DNA of 64,000 nt from Dicyema japonicum (Eukaryota > Animalia > Dicyemida). Location: NCBI GenBank assembly GCA_011109175.1, contig RDEW01000079.1:13446-77445 (forward strand). Reading direction: 5' to 3'. The first letter of the stretch is position 1. Each line of letters opens with the position of its first letter. The notes under the pieces were generated by a model. That model did not search any database. It was given only the letters and a program-made list of their open reading frames with translations, and was not told the DNA's origin. This document shows positions 13,356 through 25,100 of this stretch, in pieces. Both the position numbers and the translations under genes were made by a program.

Positions 13356-13704
13356 CATACCATTTTATTATTAAGATTATGTTGTATGTTTGTATAATAA
13401 ATGATTCTTAAGTTAAAATTTGTTAGGTTAAAAATTTTTGTTTTATAGGTTTAAAATTTGGTTATTTTTAGGTTAAAAAGTTATAATTTTTAGGTTAAAA
13501 ATCGAAGTTTTTTTAGGTTAAAAAAAAAATTGCCCTAGTGATGACATTTCGTGCCAGCGATTTAGCTGATAGATATCTCGCATATTCCGAAAGATAATAT
13601 CAAGATAAACAATAAATAATCTTCTACTGCAGAAAGAACGCTATTTTAAACAATTCAAAAATTATCAACCGTCGAATTTGGAATAAATAAAAATACTGTT
13701 TCTT

Positions 13705-16340
13705 TTAAAATAATAGTACTGGATGGTCCGCGGCCGATCCAGGAGAGGATGCCGAAGAGAGAATTGCGGACGGGGACCACGTGTCTGTGCACGTGGCGTC
13801 CCAGATCAGGCATTTACCGTTCCGGAATGGGAAGGTTGTCATCCCATCCGGGCGCTTGCCGTCCCCCCTGTCCAGACCGACTGGTTCGAGAACATTCGGG
13901 AAGCCGGCAGCATTCAGTGCTCTGGAGATAACGTCGTTGAGTGCCCCATGACGAGGCGAGCGGCCTGCGCTCCGGCGGCACGAGAGGGGGTGCAGCCCTT
14001 TCACATCCACCACTCCTCCGCAACGGCACCGATGAGGCGTGCAGATGTCGAGACCCAACCGGAGAGCAGTTCCAATCCGGAGGGTCTCGTCGTCCAACAA
14101 CGAGCCCGTTGATGCCGACGGAAATGCGTCGAGCCAGGAGCCACTGTGTTTCTGTGCTGCGGAGAGCAAGCACGCCAGGCGGTGTTGGTCCAGAAGGGGC
14201 TGTAGCGTTGAAAAGGACTGAGATGCCCAGATCTCGTCCCAATCTCTCTGTCTGGACATCTCAGAAGGGATTGGGAGGTTGGCGGCGGTCCAAAATTTTT
14301 GCAGGTCGTCGGCCGGTAAATCCAGAGAGAGTTCGTTGAAGGGGAGTAGAACCTCTCTGACAAGCTGACGGCTGCTGGAAACTGAGGAGAAGTGGGCATG
14401 CGGCGCCAGGTCTTTAGGCGAACGGAGGCCGATCCCTCCGAACCTGACGGGGAGTTTTCCTTGAGTCCAACCGATTTCGTCAAAGGCGATGTTCAGAACT
14501 GCTTCCGTGGACGATTTCAGCGAAGTTTCCATGGAAGATAGCATGTCAAGATGAGAGTAGCATGGCAGGCAGCGGAGCGTGTATAGCAGTTTCGGCATGT
14601 GCCTACTGCTTTTCATGAGGAAGAAGGCGATGTGCGAGTCTAGATTTAGAAGCCTGCTTGTGAGGTCACAGAATTCCAGGTCCTTCTTTACCAGGTGGGC
14701 CCTTAGGCCGCCGATGGGCTGAGAGGCAGCCGAGGAATGTGGCTTTGGACATGTTGGTAGTCTGGACTCCGGGGATAAGATCAGTTATTGATTTTCTCAG
14801 ATCGAGAAAATTTTCCTGAGGATAGTTGATATTCAAAAGCTCGCATTTTCCTTCATTTACTTTAATCCCGAGGTGTCTGAAAGGAGAGTTTAGAGATTAT
14901 ACGGCATCATTGATTGCGAAGACGAAAAGGAGGAGCTCGAGTGGGTCACCCTGCTGAACTACTGTCCGGGAGCGGACGACTTCGTTCTCAAAGATAAGCG
15001 TTCTTTCTTCGCCGTAGGAAAGGAAGACCAACTGGGCGATCTCCGGGGCCCTTTTAAGGCAAGCGTCGAAGATGCAATCTCTCCTTACACTGTTGAAAGC
15101 GTTGCGTAAATCGAGCTTCACAGCTGCGTGGGGGGAGTTGAGTGCTTTGTTAGAAAAGAAAATACTTCTGGCAGCGTGAACTGAGGCTTCGCAACCGTTG
15201 GCGATCCTCACCCCGAGTTGTTGAGGAGCAAATTCGAAGCTGAGGCGAGGGCATACACTCCTCGCAGCCAATTTAGCAGTCAGGCGGCGGAAGTAGTTTC
15301 CAACTGCTATAGGGCGGATTCCGCCGTCCTTTTTCCGGAATGTAAGAAGATGTGCCGAGAAGAGCATGTTCCTCGCAAAGTGGGGGATCTCACCGCTCAA
15401 TATCCTACCGGCTAGAGCGACTATTGCGGATATCAGGGTATTGCCTCCTTCTCTTGTTGAATGAGAGGTGAGGTCCTTGATGTGGCCCGGGCGTAAGCCA
15501 TCGAGCCTCCCGCAGCTGCTTTTCCCGAATGATTGGATTAAAATTCTGATTTCTTCTTCTGAGAAGTTGAGTGCGGAGGGTACAGATAGGCGAGTGATAG
15601 GTTGTACATCGAAGGGAGAATCCCGGTGTTTTTATCTCAGATGGGTATGGACATCATAAGTCGGTTTTAGCAAAGTTTCGTCGTTTGTGACTGTGCGAAT
15701 CACAGCTCGGACGCCACCTTCGGCTAGGTTGGTGCTGACACGTTCGTTCAAGGTGTTTTCCCTGCAGTGCGGAATGTTCTTTTTGTTCTTTTGGGGACGT
15801 TTGTAATTAGATTCTTGGAGGTTGATTGGTGCGAAGAGATTCTATTGACGTTCTCTTTGATCAATGTTAAGAGAGGAAGGGGGTTCCTCCCAGTGCGATA
15901 GGGATTCCGAGCGCATGAGGGGCAAAGCTGATTAGACGAGACCAAGCTTCGCAGCTGTCCGACGAAGGCCCATCGTTGATGAAGGAAGAGAGGCATGTGG
16001 CAATTTGTATCCTGGCGGACATGGAAATCCGTAGAGGAATTTTCAAAGAACCTCGAAACTTTAATAATTTGATGAGAAATGGGTTGACTTCCAGCGTATA
16101 TCCTCGTGTGAGAAAGACGAAGGCGAAGGAGCACTCCGTAGAGCATCCGATTGAAGTCTTTTGGATGAGAGGCATGAGGGACAAAGCAGGTTGGGAATCT
16201 CGATTGCGGCCTTTTCGAATTTTAAGGCAGCCGAGTGGAAATACTGCTGACAGATCGGGCATCTGAACCCGTTCTTCCTGGGAATGGAGGAGAGGCATTT
16301 CGTGCAGGGAACAGTATCATGTAGAACATCTTCCGGAACT
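13705..16340 (-). mobile_element. Near-full-length CRE-clade retrotransposon (PHD-like N-terminus, RT, C-terminal zinc motif, RLE); frameshifted and 3'-truncated
   Basis: RT: GGIRPIAVGNYFRRL, QQLGV..GCEA, KLDLRNAFNS, VQQGDPL, IWYLDD-type motif near 14840. RLE: CRCGGVVD...HPLSC, RHGALNDVI, GLDRGDGKRPDGMT, LIWDATCTDT. Confidence 0.92.
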
Positions 16341-17633
16341 TATCTTCACTTTTCTTTGAAATAAACAGTTTTGTCAAGTGGCCTACGTTTAACTAATTGA
16401 AAATAGATCGAAATCTAATTTTTATTACTAATAAAATAATTTATATTTTATATATACAAGATTAAATTAAAACATAAAAATAATAGAATATATTTGTAGA
16501 GTTACTTTATTTTTTCCTTCTTCTATCAGCTCACAGTTGGAGGACATTTCATTTTCTGCTAACTCGCTAATATCGTCGCCTGTTTCTAAGACTGAACAAT
16601 AGTATACTATACTTATGACTTGTGCTAACTCTTCTCTGTATTCCAATAGTTTTACTAGATTACATATTTCAGTGTATATTTCATCGAATTGGAGAATTTC
16701 ATTTTCATATTGAGTTTGGCGTCTTCCGAGTTTGATATATTTTGTTATACACGTCAGTGAAATAATTATTCATAAGACTGTCTTCAGGAAATAGAATGGG
16801 GAGAGCATTAGGAGATGTCCCCACACTTCTATAAATAAATGTGCGGGATAATATCATCTTAACATTCCTCATATTAACATGACACACTAAATACAAATTT
16901 ATTATAATTTAATATTCTAATAAAATAGTATGTTTTATGATAATCAATCTCTATTTTTAACTAATTTAAGGTAGTTGATTAAAGGCTAATTAATTCACTC
17001 CCAATTTCGGGAGATTAATCTTCTTTTTAGAGAAGGGGATAACCACCACCTCTCCTTTATCTCTCTCTACATATCAATGACGACTCTTGTTCTTTACTTA
17101 CCATACTGTCTTTATAAAAATGATTTTCTTAGATTAGGAGGATACTGCCTTAATTTCTCTCCTCTTCAGTGATATTTATCCCATGTCTGTATTCGGTTCG
17201 GTCAGTGTTTTTTCCATCAGGACTGATTGTATTTCATCTGAGTTCTTTCTTCAATAGATAACTTGTCGGTGTAGTTCTTTTTAACTTGAGAATTATAAAG
17301 GCTCATCAACTTTCCAGCCAAAAGGTCGTATTTATGGCAGTTCTCAACTTTGACATGTTTCAGGACATCCCGGGAAATAACTCTAATATCGAAGAGAGTA
17401 ATTTCATTTTTTATTTTGTCATACCGAAAATATCAGACTCGTTACACTGAATGTTTGTCTAATTATAGGGTTTTCCGAGTTTTAGCGTCGAATGCGCAAG
17501 CATTAGTGTTGATGCATCAAGCATTAGTGTTGAAGCTTCAAGCATTAATGTTGAACCTCCGAAAATTAGCTTTTAAACCGCATATTAGCCAACATTAACG
17601 TTTTCGAGAATTTCTGTGTTAGAGCATGAGCTA

Positions 17634-19124
17634 CAGTCAACAAAAATAAAAACTGAACAACCATTTTCTCACGAATTTACTATGAAATAATATCTAAAAA
17701 ATAACTTATATTGATTTTAAACATTAAATAAAGTATTGTTTATTTTTTAGTTTTCTATAAAATATTATATTTATGCGGTTTTTCATTCATTGATAATTCA
17801 GAACCCCAAAAAAACTGAACAAATTTATTTAATATCTAGTATGTCCTCCATTAGCTCTTATTACATCTAGTATTCGGCCTGCCATGCTATTAATGAGACT
17901 TTTTGCGTATTCTGTTTTAAGTTCATTCCAAATGGATGATATTTCTGCAAATAAATGCTCCTTTTTCAAAAATTCTCTTCCTTTGATTTTTTCTATAATA
18001 AAGCCCAAACATTCTCTATGGGGTTTAAATCTGGGCTTTGTGCAGGCCATGGTAGCAATTCGATATTATTTACTTGAAAAAGCTCTTTACTAATGCCGAA
18101 GTATGTTTCGGATCATTGTCTTGTTGGTAAATAGGATCTTTAAGTTCGATTTTGTTCAGAAATGAGATAAGATTATTCGTTAGTATGCTAACATACAAAG
18201 CTCCATCCATCTTCTCTTTTATCCAAACCAAATTACTGAATCCATTTATGCTTATGGCACCCCCTATACCATGATAGATCCTTACAGAATTTTACTGTTT
18301 TTGTCACATTGTTTGTTAAATATTTTTCCTTGCGATTTCTCCATACAAAAGTTCTTCCATCACTATTGTACATGTTGAATTTACTTTCATCACTGAAAAT
18401 AACTCGCTCCCAAAAATATTTTGGGAGCATATTCCATGTTTGGCATAGCGTCAATCGTCGAAGTTTATGTTTTTTGTAAGAAGTGGCCTTTTCGTGGGCG
18501 GATAAGCATTCAGACCAATTTTTTTATTGTATTTCTTATTGTTTGAGCTGTTACTGATTTTCCTGTTTTTTCTGTAAAGTTTTGGCATATTTAACACAGT
18601 TGAAATGGACATCCACTTTTCGAGCCTCATTCATTTGAAATATTTCTTGACGATTAAGCAACGATGGTGGACAAAACCCGGCTTTTCTGTCCGTCGAGCA
18701 GTTGTTTAAGTAGCTTCTGATAATTTTCGATATCGTGCCGAGCGATCTTTTGGTGATATCTTGTATTTCTCTGTATGTTTTTCCAGATTTATACATGCCA
18801 ATTATTATGCCTTTTTCTTCAGATGTTGTATGACTAACCATGTAGCGAGATTACAAATGATTGAATTTGAACGAATTTAAAAAAATAAGATGTTGTTGAC
18901 CTTTTCCTTTGATATATTTAAGTAAATTAAATTTGTTCAGTTTTTTTTTTTGGTTTTGAATTTTCGATTTCATAAAAAAGCGCATAAATATATGTTTCTC
19001 AAAAAAACTAAAAAATGTAAAATACTTTATTGCATGTTAAGAATAAATTTGAGACATATTTGTAATATTGTCCCATAGTAAATTTATGAGAAAATGCATG
19101 TTCAGTTTTTATTTTTGTTTACTG
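17634..19124 (-). mobile_element. Tc1-family transposon with ~200-bp IR/DR-type TIRs, decayed
   Basis: TA|CAGT.AACAAAAATAAAAACTGAACA at both ends. Transposase pieces MVSHTTSEEKGIIIG, WERVIFSDESKFN, and DNDPKHTS / SPDLNPIENVW. Confidence 0.9.
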
Positions 19125-19192
19125 TATATGGATAAAAAAGAAATACTATACCCCTTTCAACCAAAAACTGATTTTTGAACATTCAATTAATG

Positions 19193-19751
19193 ATTTTTGA
19201 ACATTTCGCCTCGTCATGGGGCACTTAACAACGTCATCTCGAGAGCACTCAATGCTGCCAGTTTCCCGAACGTACTGGAACCAGTCGGTCTGGACAGGGG
19301 AAACGGCAATGGGATGACAACCTTCCCATTCCGCAATGGCAAATGCCTAATCTGGGACGCCAACGTGCACAGACACTTGGTCCCCATCCGCCATTCTCTC
19401 ATCCGCATCTTCTCCTGGTTCGGCCGCGGCTTTGGCGGAAGCCCACAAAACTGAGAAGTACTTGAAACTCGCCGCCCAACACTCCTTTGTCCCTCTCGCT
19501 TTTGAGACCTCCGGTGCCTCCGGGCCGCAAACATCCAAATTCCTGAAGGACGTCGGCCTCCTTATCGCTCGCAGGAAAATGGACGAACGCGAATCCTCTG
19601 GCTGTGACAGAGGATCTCGCTCACAATCGTGCGCGGTAATGCGCAAGCTATCCGTTTGGCAGGGATCTAACCGTTCTCTGGCAACGCTCGCAGATCGAGC
19701 TCGGCTTTTTTTTATTTAATCTCATGATGTTTATCATTTAAAGAAAAACAT
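19193..19751 (+). mobile_element. 5'-truncated CRE insertion (RLE + 3' end) with 7-bp TSD
   Basis: RHGALNNVISRALNAASFPNVLEPVGLDRG, LIWDA, FVPLAFETSGASG. attaatg at 19186-19192 and 19752-19758; the empty-site sequence is visible in the 24310-24602 copy. Confidence 0.88.
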
Positions 19752-20646
19752 ATTAATGGAAAATCGAACAAAGAAATAAGTGACTATCTAAATATGCCTC
19801 AATCCTCCATAAGCCGAATATTTTGTCAATAGAGAAAATCCGGAGATATTGAGAGCAAACCTCGTGGTGGAGACTATTCTTCCAAATTAAGTGATTTACA
19901 CAAGTAATACATTCTTAGTTTGGTCGATGATAATCCATTATTAACACTATCAAAGTTAAAAGACATGCTGTTTTCTGAATATCGGATAAATATCAGTCCG
20001 AGTACTATTAACAGATGTCTTAAAGACTTTCACTAAACAGTTAAACAAATAGTGAAAATACCAATGAGGCGGAATATTGATACAACCATTGAACTTAGAA
20101 AAAAATATGCAGATAATTTTCGACATTTACAAATTGAAGATAAGAGCATCATTTTTCTGGATGAAGTAGGCTTTTCAGTTTGTACTCGTGCGAAAAAAGG
20201 GAGAGCAAAGTCTGGAAACTTGCCTTATTTGACGGTGCCCCAAGTAAAAAGCAGAAACATATCTGTTTTGCCGCAATGAACAAATATGGAATCATTTTCC
20301 ATGAAATTTTCAATTTTTCTTTAAATGGAGAAACTTTTAAAGAATGTTTGATCAAACTCAAAGATACTTGCACCAAAAATTATGATATTCTGAATCCATT
20401 ATTTATTAATGGATAATGCTCGCATACACCATTATAAAAGATTAACTGAAGTTATCCCGAATTTTAATATTGAATATCTACCACCCTACTCTCCTTTATT
20501 TTCTGCAAAAAAGAATTAGCAGTAAATTTTTTTGAAAAAAATAAATACTAAATTCGAAACTAACATTATTAAAATTCTTAATATTTGTGTAATAAATTTT
20601 TATTGCTCAAGAATTAAATAGAGGATAAGATGACCAAAATTTTTTA

Positions 20647-21540
20647 NNNNNNNNNNNNNNNNNNNNNNNNNNNNNNNNNNNNNNNNNNNNNNNNNNNNNN
20701 NNNNNNNNNNNNNNNNNNNNNNNNNNNNNNNNNNNNNNNNNNNNNNNNNNNNNNNNNNNNNNNNNNNNNNNNNNNNNNNNNNNNNNNNNNNNNNNNNNNN
20801 NNNNNNNNNNNNNNNNNNNNNNNNNNNNNNNNNNNNNNNNNNNNNNNNNNNNNNNNNNNNNNNNNNNNNNNNNNNNNNNNNNNNNNNNNNNNNNNNNNNN
20901 NNNNNNNNNNNNNNNNNNNNNNNNNNNNNNNNNNNNNNNNNNNNNNNNNNNNNNNNNNNNNNNNNNNNNNNNNNNNNNNNNNNNNNNNNNNNNNNNNNNN
21001 NNNNNNNNNNNNNNNNNNNNNNNNNNNNNNNNNNNNNNNNNNNNNNNNNNNNNNNNNNNNNNNNNNNNNNNNNNNNNNNNNNNNNNNNNNNNNNNNNNNN
21101 NNNNNNNNNNNNNNNNNNNNNNNNNNNNNNNNNNNNNNNNNNNNNNNNNNNNNNNNNNNNNNNNNNNNNNNNNNNNNNNNNNNNNNNNNNNNNNNNNNNN
21201 NNNNNNNNNNNNNNNNNNNNNNNNNNNNNNNNNNNNNNNNNNNNNNNNNNNNNNNNNNNNNNNNNNNNNNNNNNNNNNNNNNNNNNNNNNNNNNNNNNNN
21301 NNNNNNNNNNNNNNNNNNNNNNNNNNNNNNNNNNNNNNNNNNNNNNNNNNNNNNNNNNNNNNNNNNNNNNNNNNNNNNNNNNNNNNNNNNNNNNNNNNNN
21401 NNNNNNNNNNNNNNNNNNNNNNNNNNNNNNNNNNNNNNNNNNNNNNNNNNNNNNNNNNNNNNNNNNNNNNNNNNNNNNNNNNNNNNNNNNNNNNNNNNNN
21501 NNNNNNNNNNNNNNNNNNNNNNNNNNNNNNNNNNNNNNNN
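20647..21540. other. Assembly gap (N run)
   Basis: Contiguous Ns. Confidence 1.
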
Positions 21541-21696
21541 TTCTGGCACGACGCAGTTGGTGGAAAGAGGATCTCTTTCCTAGCAGATATTAGTGTGGCG
21601 TTACGTGGTCCACCAAATTCACTTGGGCACTTCAATTGGATTTGGAAACGCCCAGGTGGAACCTAAGGCCCACCGAAAAAGGACCATTCGAATCTT

Positions 21697-21851
21697 GTGC
21701 TGTCTAATACGGTCAAGTACATCTTTGATTGTTTCAAGTCGAGTGAAGTGTGTGTCGTACATCGAAATTGACAACAACTACATCTACGACCTGCTGGAGG
21801 AGGAGTGAGTGGTGTCTCTAATGCACAGACACCGACCTCCAAGAAGATCCG
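21697..21851 (+). pseudogene. KIF23: Kinesin-6 (KIF23-like) motor fragment, second copy of about 30111-30265
   Basis: Near-identical to the 30 kb copy; YIEIDNNYIYDLLEE plus the same 24-nt intron. Confidence 0.8.
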
Positions 21852-21857
21852 TATAGA

Positions 21858-21928
21858 TGTACTCGTTCTACCTATCTTAGAACATACCAAAAACTACATG
21901 TCACTTTCAAACTACGTATAAAAAATAA
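21858..21928 (+). pseudogene. 3' end of the orphan gene at 33441-33978
   Basis: tactcgttctacctatcttagaacat...ttcaaactacgtataaaaaataaa matches about 33912-33979. Confidence 0.75.
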
Positions 21929-22008
21929 AAGAAATATTAAACTAATTGATAAAACGAGTGAAAAAATTAGGCCAACTACTAAGGTTATTTATTCTGCCCT
22001 TCCTAACC

Positions 22009-22575
22009 TCATGAATCATTCTTATTATCAGTTTTATTTTCGCTTTGACTATTTCTTTCATCAGCCATTTTTCGATAAATATTCTCAAACACTCGCAGTT
22101 AACACGACTGTAATTCGTTTGTAGAATTCTTCAATTCATCCAACCCCACATTCTCCTTCTTTAACATCTCCTTCACTTTCTCGACCTTCTCCTTCAACTG
22201 GTCAGAATCTTCCTGAGACATTTTGTCTTTAAATTCAATCAATTTAGATTCTGTGTCGTGAACAATCCCATCAGCAGAATTACAAGCTTCGACGCGTTCC
22301 TACAATGAATTAATATGATTGAAAAAACTCTTCTCTCAGAATCCATTTTGAAAAATTTTGGGCGTCCTCAACCATTCGCTCAATATCCTCTTTACTGAGG
22401 CCTCCGGAGGATTTCAAAATGACTGGAACTAATAAAATGAGGAATACTTTGCTGTTCTTTTCCAGTTCCTTTATCTCTTGCACTTACATTGACTATTCCA
22501 TTCGCATCAATATCAAAAGTGACTTATATTGAGGAATTCCTCGAGGTGCTGGTGGGACCCAACCTTGGTAATATT
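22009..22575 (-). pseudogene. HSPA9: Mitochondrial Hsp70 (mortalin) C-terminal fragment with 25- and 29-nt introns
   Basis: [33 protein letters not shown]|[22 protein letters not shown]...|ERVEACNSADGIVHDTESKL...KMADER. GT-AG introns at 22423-22447 and 22300-22328. Confidence 0.88.
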
Positions 22576-22679
22576 AAAAACTGAAAACCAAAAAGCTGAG
22601 ATCCTTTGATATAATTTGTACTCGGCATCAAAAAATGTGATTCAACAACAAAATTTTTATTTTAAATAATTAGAGAGGC

Positions 22680-22870
22680 TGTTAGGAGAAAACATATGGT
22701 GACCTTCGGCATTCCTGCCTTTTCAGTCTAGCACACACGCTCGCCTCTCTACACAACCACAGGTTAGGACTTACCGTCGTACCTGCCACCCAGTAATTAT
22801 CTTCGCTAGGACCTCAGGGAGGCCTTTGAGGGACAATTCCTGGCGGCGTTGGAGAGCTCCTCTCGCCATT
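22680..22870 (-). pseudogene. Unidentified GC-rich gene fragment with tiny introns (copy of about 34720-34910)
   Basis: Minus-strand introns gtaagtcctaacctgtggttgtgtag and gtcaccatatgttttctcctaacag; matches the 34.8 kb copy. Confidence 0.55.
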
Positions 22871-22949
22871 CCAAAGTCGGATCCAACTTCAGCTGGCATC
22901 CCTGAACTGCGCTTCTTAGCTGCATACGGAAGACTGGTTCGAGGCACTC

Positions 22950-23330
22950 CCCATCTCTAGCACTGGATCTCTACTGGAAGACGAATCCTTACGGATTGGC
23001 ATCTGCCTACGTTTGGGCTTGGAGATCTGCTAGCCCCACCTGTACCGGTGCGGGTCTACGATTTTGCCGAACTGTTTGCACGCCTTATCGTGTAAAAAGA
23101 GTGCCGGTAGAATTCCCCGCCACATCCACCTTAACGACGTTGTTTGAAGGGCACTTGAGTCGGCAGGTCTCCCCTCCACTCTAAAACCAGTCGGCCTCTT
23201 CCAGAGTGATGGCAAAAGTCCCGACGGGATGACGATTGTTCCTTTTAGGGAAGGCAAGTCCCTGGTCTTGGATACCACCTCCGTAGACTCTTTTTCGTGA
23301 CGATGCTACCCAAGACTGTCAGCAATCACA
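22950..23330 (+). mobile_element. CRE zinc-motif/RLE fragment
   Basis: SSTGSLLEDESLRIGICLRLGL, HALSCKKSAGRIPRH, DGKSPDGMTIVPF. Confidence 0.85.
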
Positions 23331-23389
23331 GAGCCGTAGGAGCGGGGAGATCTTGGGGTTTATTTGTAGGCAGACTTTCATAATTATGT

Positions 23390-23700
23390 TCCTCTGACGG
23401 TGTTCTTGATGTCATGTTTGATGGCCACGTGAAAGGAATCGGGACTGGAGGTAACAAATTTCCGGACAGCTTGCACTCCATCTTCGAAACAGTTAGCGAC
23501 GACATGCCGAGCTGGGCGGAGAAAGTTCGTTGTTCGAGCCACAACACACGATTGTTGCAGCAGCTTAGCTGCCAGTTGACGGGGAAAGTTTCCCACTGCA
23601 ATTGGACAGCTTCTGTAAATATAGCCTTCTTTAGCAGTGAAAACAATTTTCAGTGCCCTTGTTACGCCGAAATCCCAATTGCTCTTGCAAGAGATACTGT
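23390..23700 (-). mobile_element. CRE RT fragment
   Basis: PIAVGNFPRQLAAKL...GVQAVRKFVTSSPDSFHVAIKHDIKN. Confidence 0.75.
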
Positions 23701-23739
23701 TTATCCTCAATATAAGTTGATTTTCATTTTTTCCATGAT

Positions 23740-24130
23740 TTTTGAGATAGAACATATGAGACTGATTGGTCTGTAATTTGCCGGATCAGAACTCGGTTTT
23801 CCTTTGTTCGGAATCATGCGAACGATTGTCCTCTTCCATGCTTGAGGAACGTGTCACCGAGGAAGACTTATTGGTGTTTTGCGGGATTCCTCGACGGGGA
23901 CGGGGACTGTGTTAGAGTTCTATTGTCGAACACGGAACTGATGGTACGAATCGGGAGCACGTCATCCAGAAATTTTTCGACGACAGGGGTACCCCTCCTG
24001 AAGACTCCCTTTCCCCTTTGCTGTTCGTGATATACCTGGAGGCGGAACTGCACGATCTTAGACGCTTTCAAATCACTGAAATTGTATACGCTACGATGTG
24101 GATTTTATATCACCTGATACAACAGCCTAG
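23740..24130 (-). mobile_element. APE-type LINE RT N-terminal fragment
   Basis: WKRTIVRMIPNKGKPSSDPANYRPISL. Confidence 0.75.
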
Positions 24131-24309
24131 AGGCGGTTACTTGACGTTGCTCCAGCAGAGCTTGGAAAATGGTTCCTTACCGTGAATACAACTAAAAATG
24201 AAATCACGGAAATTCCCACATATGGGATCAAGATTGGATGAGGAATGGAGACGTTCCAGAAACCCTGGCTGACTCCTCGGAGATAGTGAGGACATAACCC
24301 GGAGGAAAG

Positions 24310-24602
24310 GCCATTGACAAAGTATTCGGCTTATGAAGAATTGAGGCATATTTAGATAGTCACTTATTTCTTTGTTAGATTTTCCATTAATTGAATGTTC
24401 AACAATCATTTTTTTGGTTGAAAGGGAAATACTATTTCTTTTTTGTCCATATATTGCTCTTACTCTAACACAGAATTTCCCGAAAAACGTTAATGCTTGC
24501 TTATATGCGGTTTGAAAGCTAATGTTCAGAGGTTTAACACTAATGCTTGATGCGTCAACACTAATGCTTGCGCTTTCGACGCTAAAGCTCGGAAAACCCT
24601 AT
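24310..24602 (-). mobile_element. 5' end of the IS630-like family of 17466-20500 (uninterrupted copy)
   Basis: Reverse complement matches 17466-17632 joined to 19127-19192 and 19759 onward; EHSINGKSNKEISDYLNMPQ. Confidence 0.85.
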
Positions 24603-24614
24603 ACTCTCGACGGT

Positions 24615-25100
24615 CGCGTTAAACAGGCTGAAAACGGATTGGGTGGCTAACAGGCCGACAATGATCGCGCTTCGTTTGCGCCTCTACGATGCTTTTGTGA
24701 AACCGGTACTACTATATAACTCCTCAATTTGGGAGATCTCGGCTTCGGAAATTAAAAGCCTCAACTCCTTCCATCGAATACAACTGCGAATACTATGCGG
24801 GGTATAATGGCCGACACTGATCAACAATGAGGCACTGAACCGAAAGTGCTCTGCGCGAGCTGTGACCTGCGACGTGATGGATGTCCGATGGAGACTGTTT
24901 GAACATGTCCTGCGGTTGGGCCCGACGTCACTTGCAAATCTGGCTATGGAGGAGTACTTTGCTGCAAGTGAAAGAAATATCTGGGGCCCCCGCGTAAACA
25001 CTACCAGAGATGCTGGACGCAGATCTCCAATCAATCAACCTCAGGCTTAAAAGTGGGGATGATCTGGATGCAATCAGGATTTTAGCATGCAACAGGAGAG
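24615..25100 (+). mobile_element. RTE-like LINE ORF 3' end
   Basis: LRLRLYDAFVKPVLLYNSSIW...FHRIQLRILCG...WPTLINNEAL...RWRLFEHVLRL. Confidence 0.8.

Larger units (their letters stand above)
17466..20500 (+). mobile_element. IS630-like (DDE_3) transposon interrupted by a Tc1 element and a CRE fragment; 3'-truncated
   Basis: Terminus TATAGGGTTTTCCGAG shared with 24310-24602. Transposase pieces: IIFLDEVGFS, SRNISV..AAMNKYG, MDNARIHH, EYLPPYSP. Confidence 0.85.

Noticed and set aside
12796-13374. Long ORFs in the supplied track across N runs (also 20607-21635)
   Set aside because: Artefacts of translating assembly gaps.
13723-14483. Several overlapping GC-rich ORFs (13723-14112, 13941-14339, 14001-14483 etc.)
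   Set aside because: Antisense or alternate frames of the CRE RLE region; no independent motifs.
4120-20500. Bacterial IS630 contamination
   Set aside because: The DDE_3 elements are interleaved and nested with eukaryotic LINEs and Tc1 and lie among spliceosomal-intron genes.
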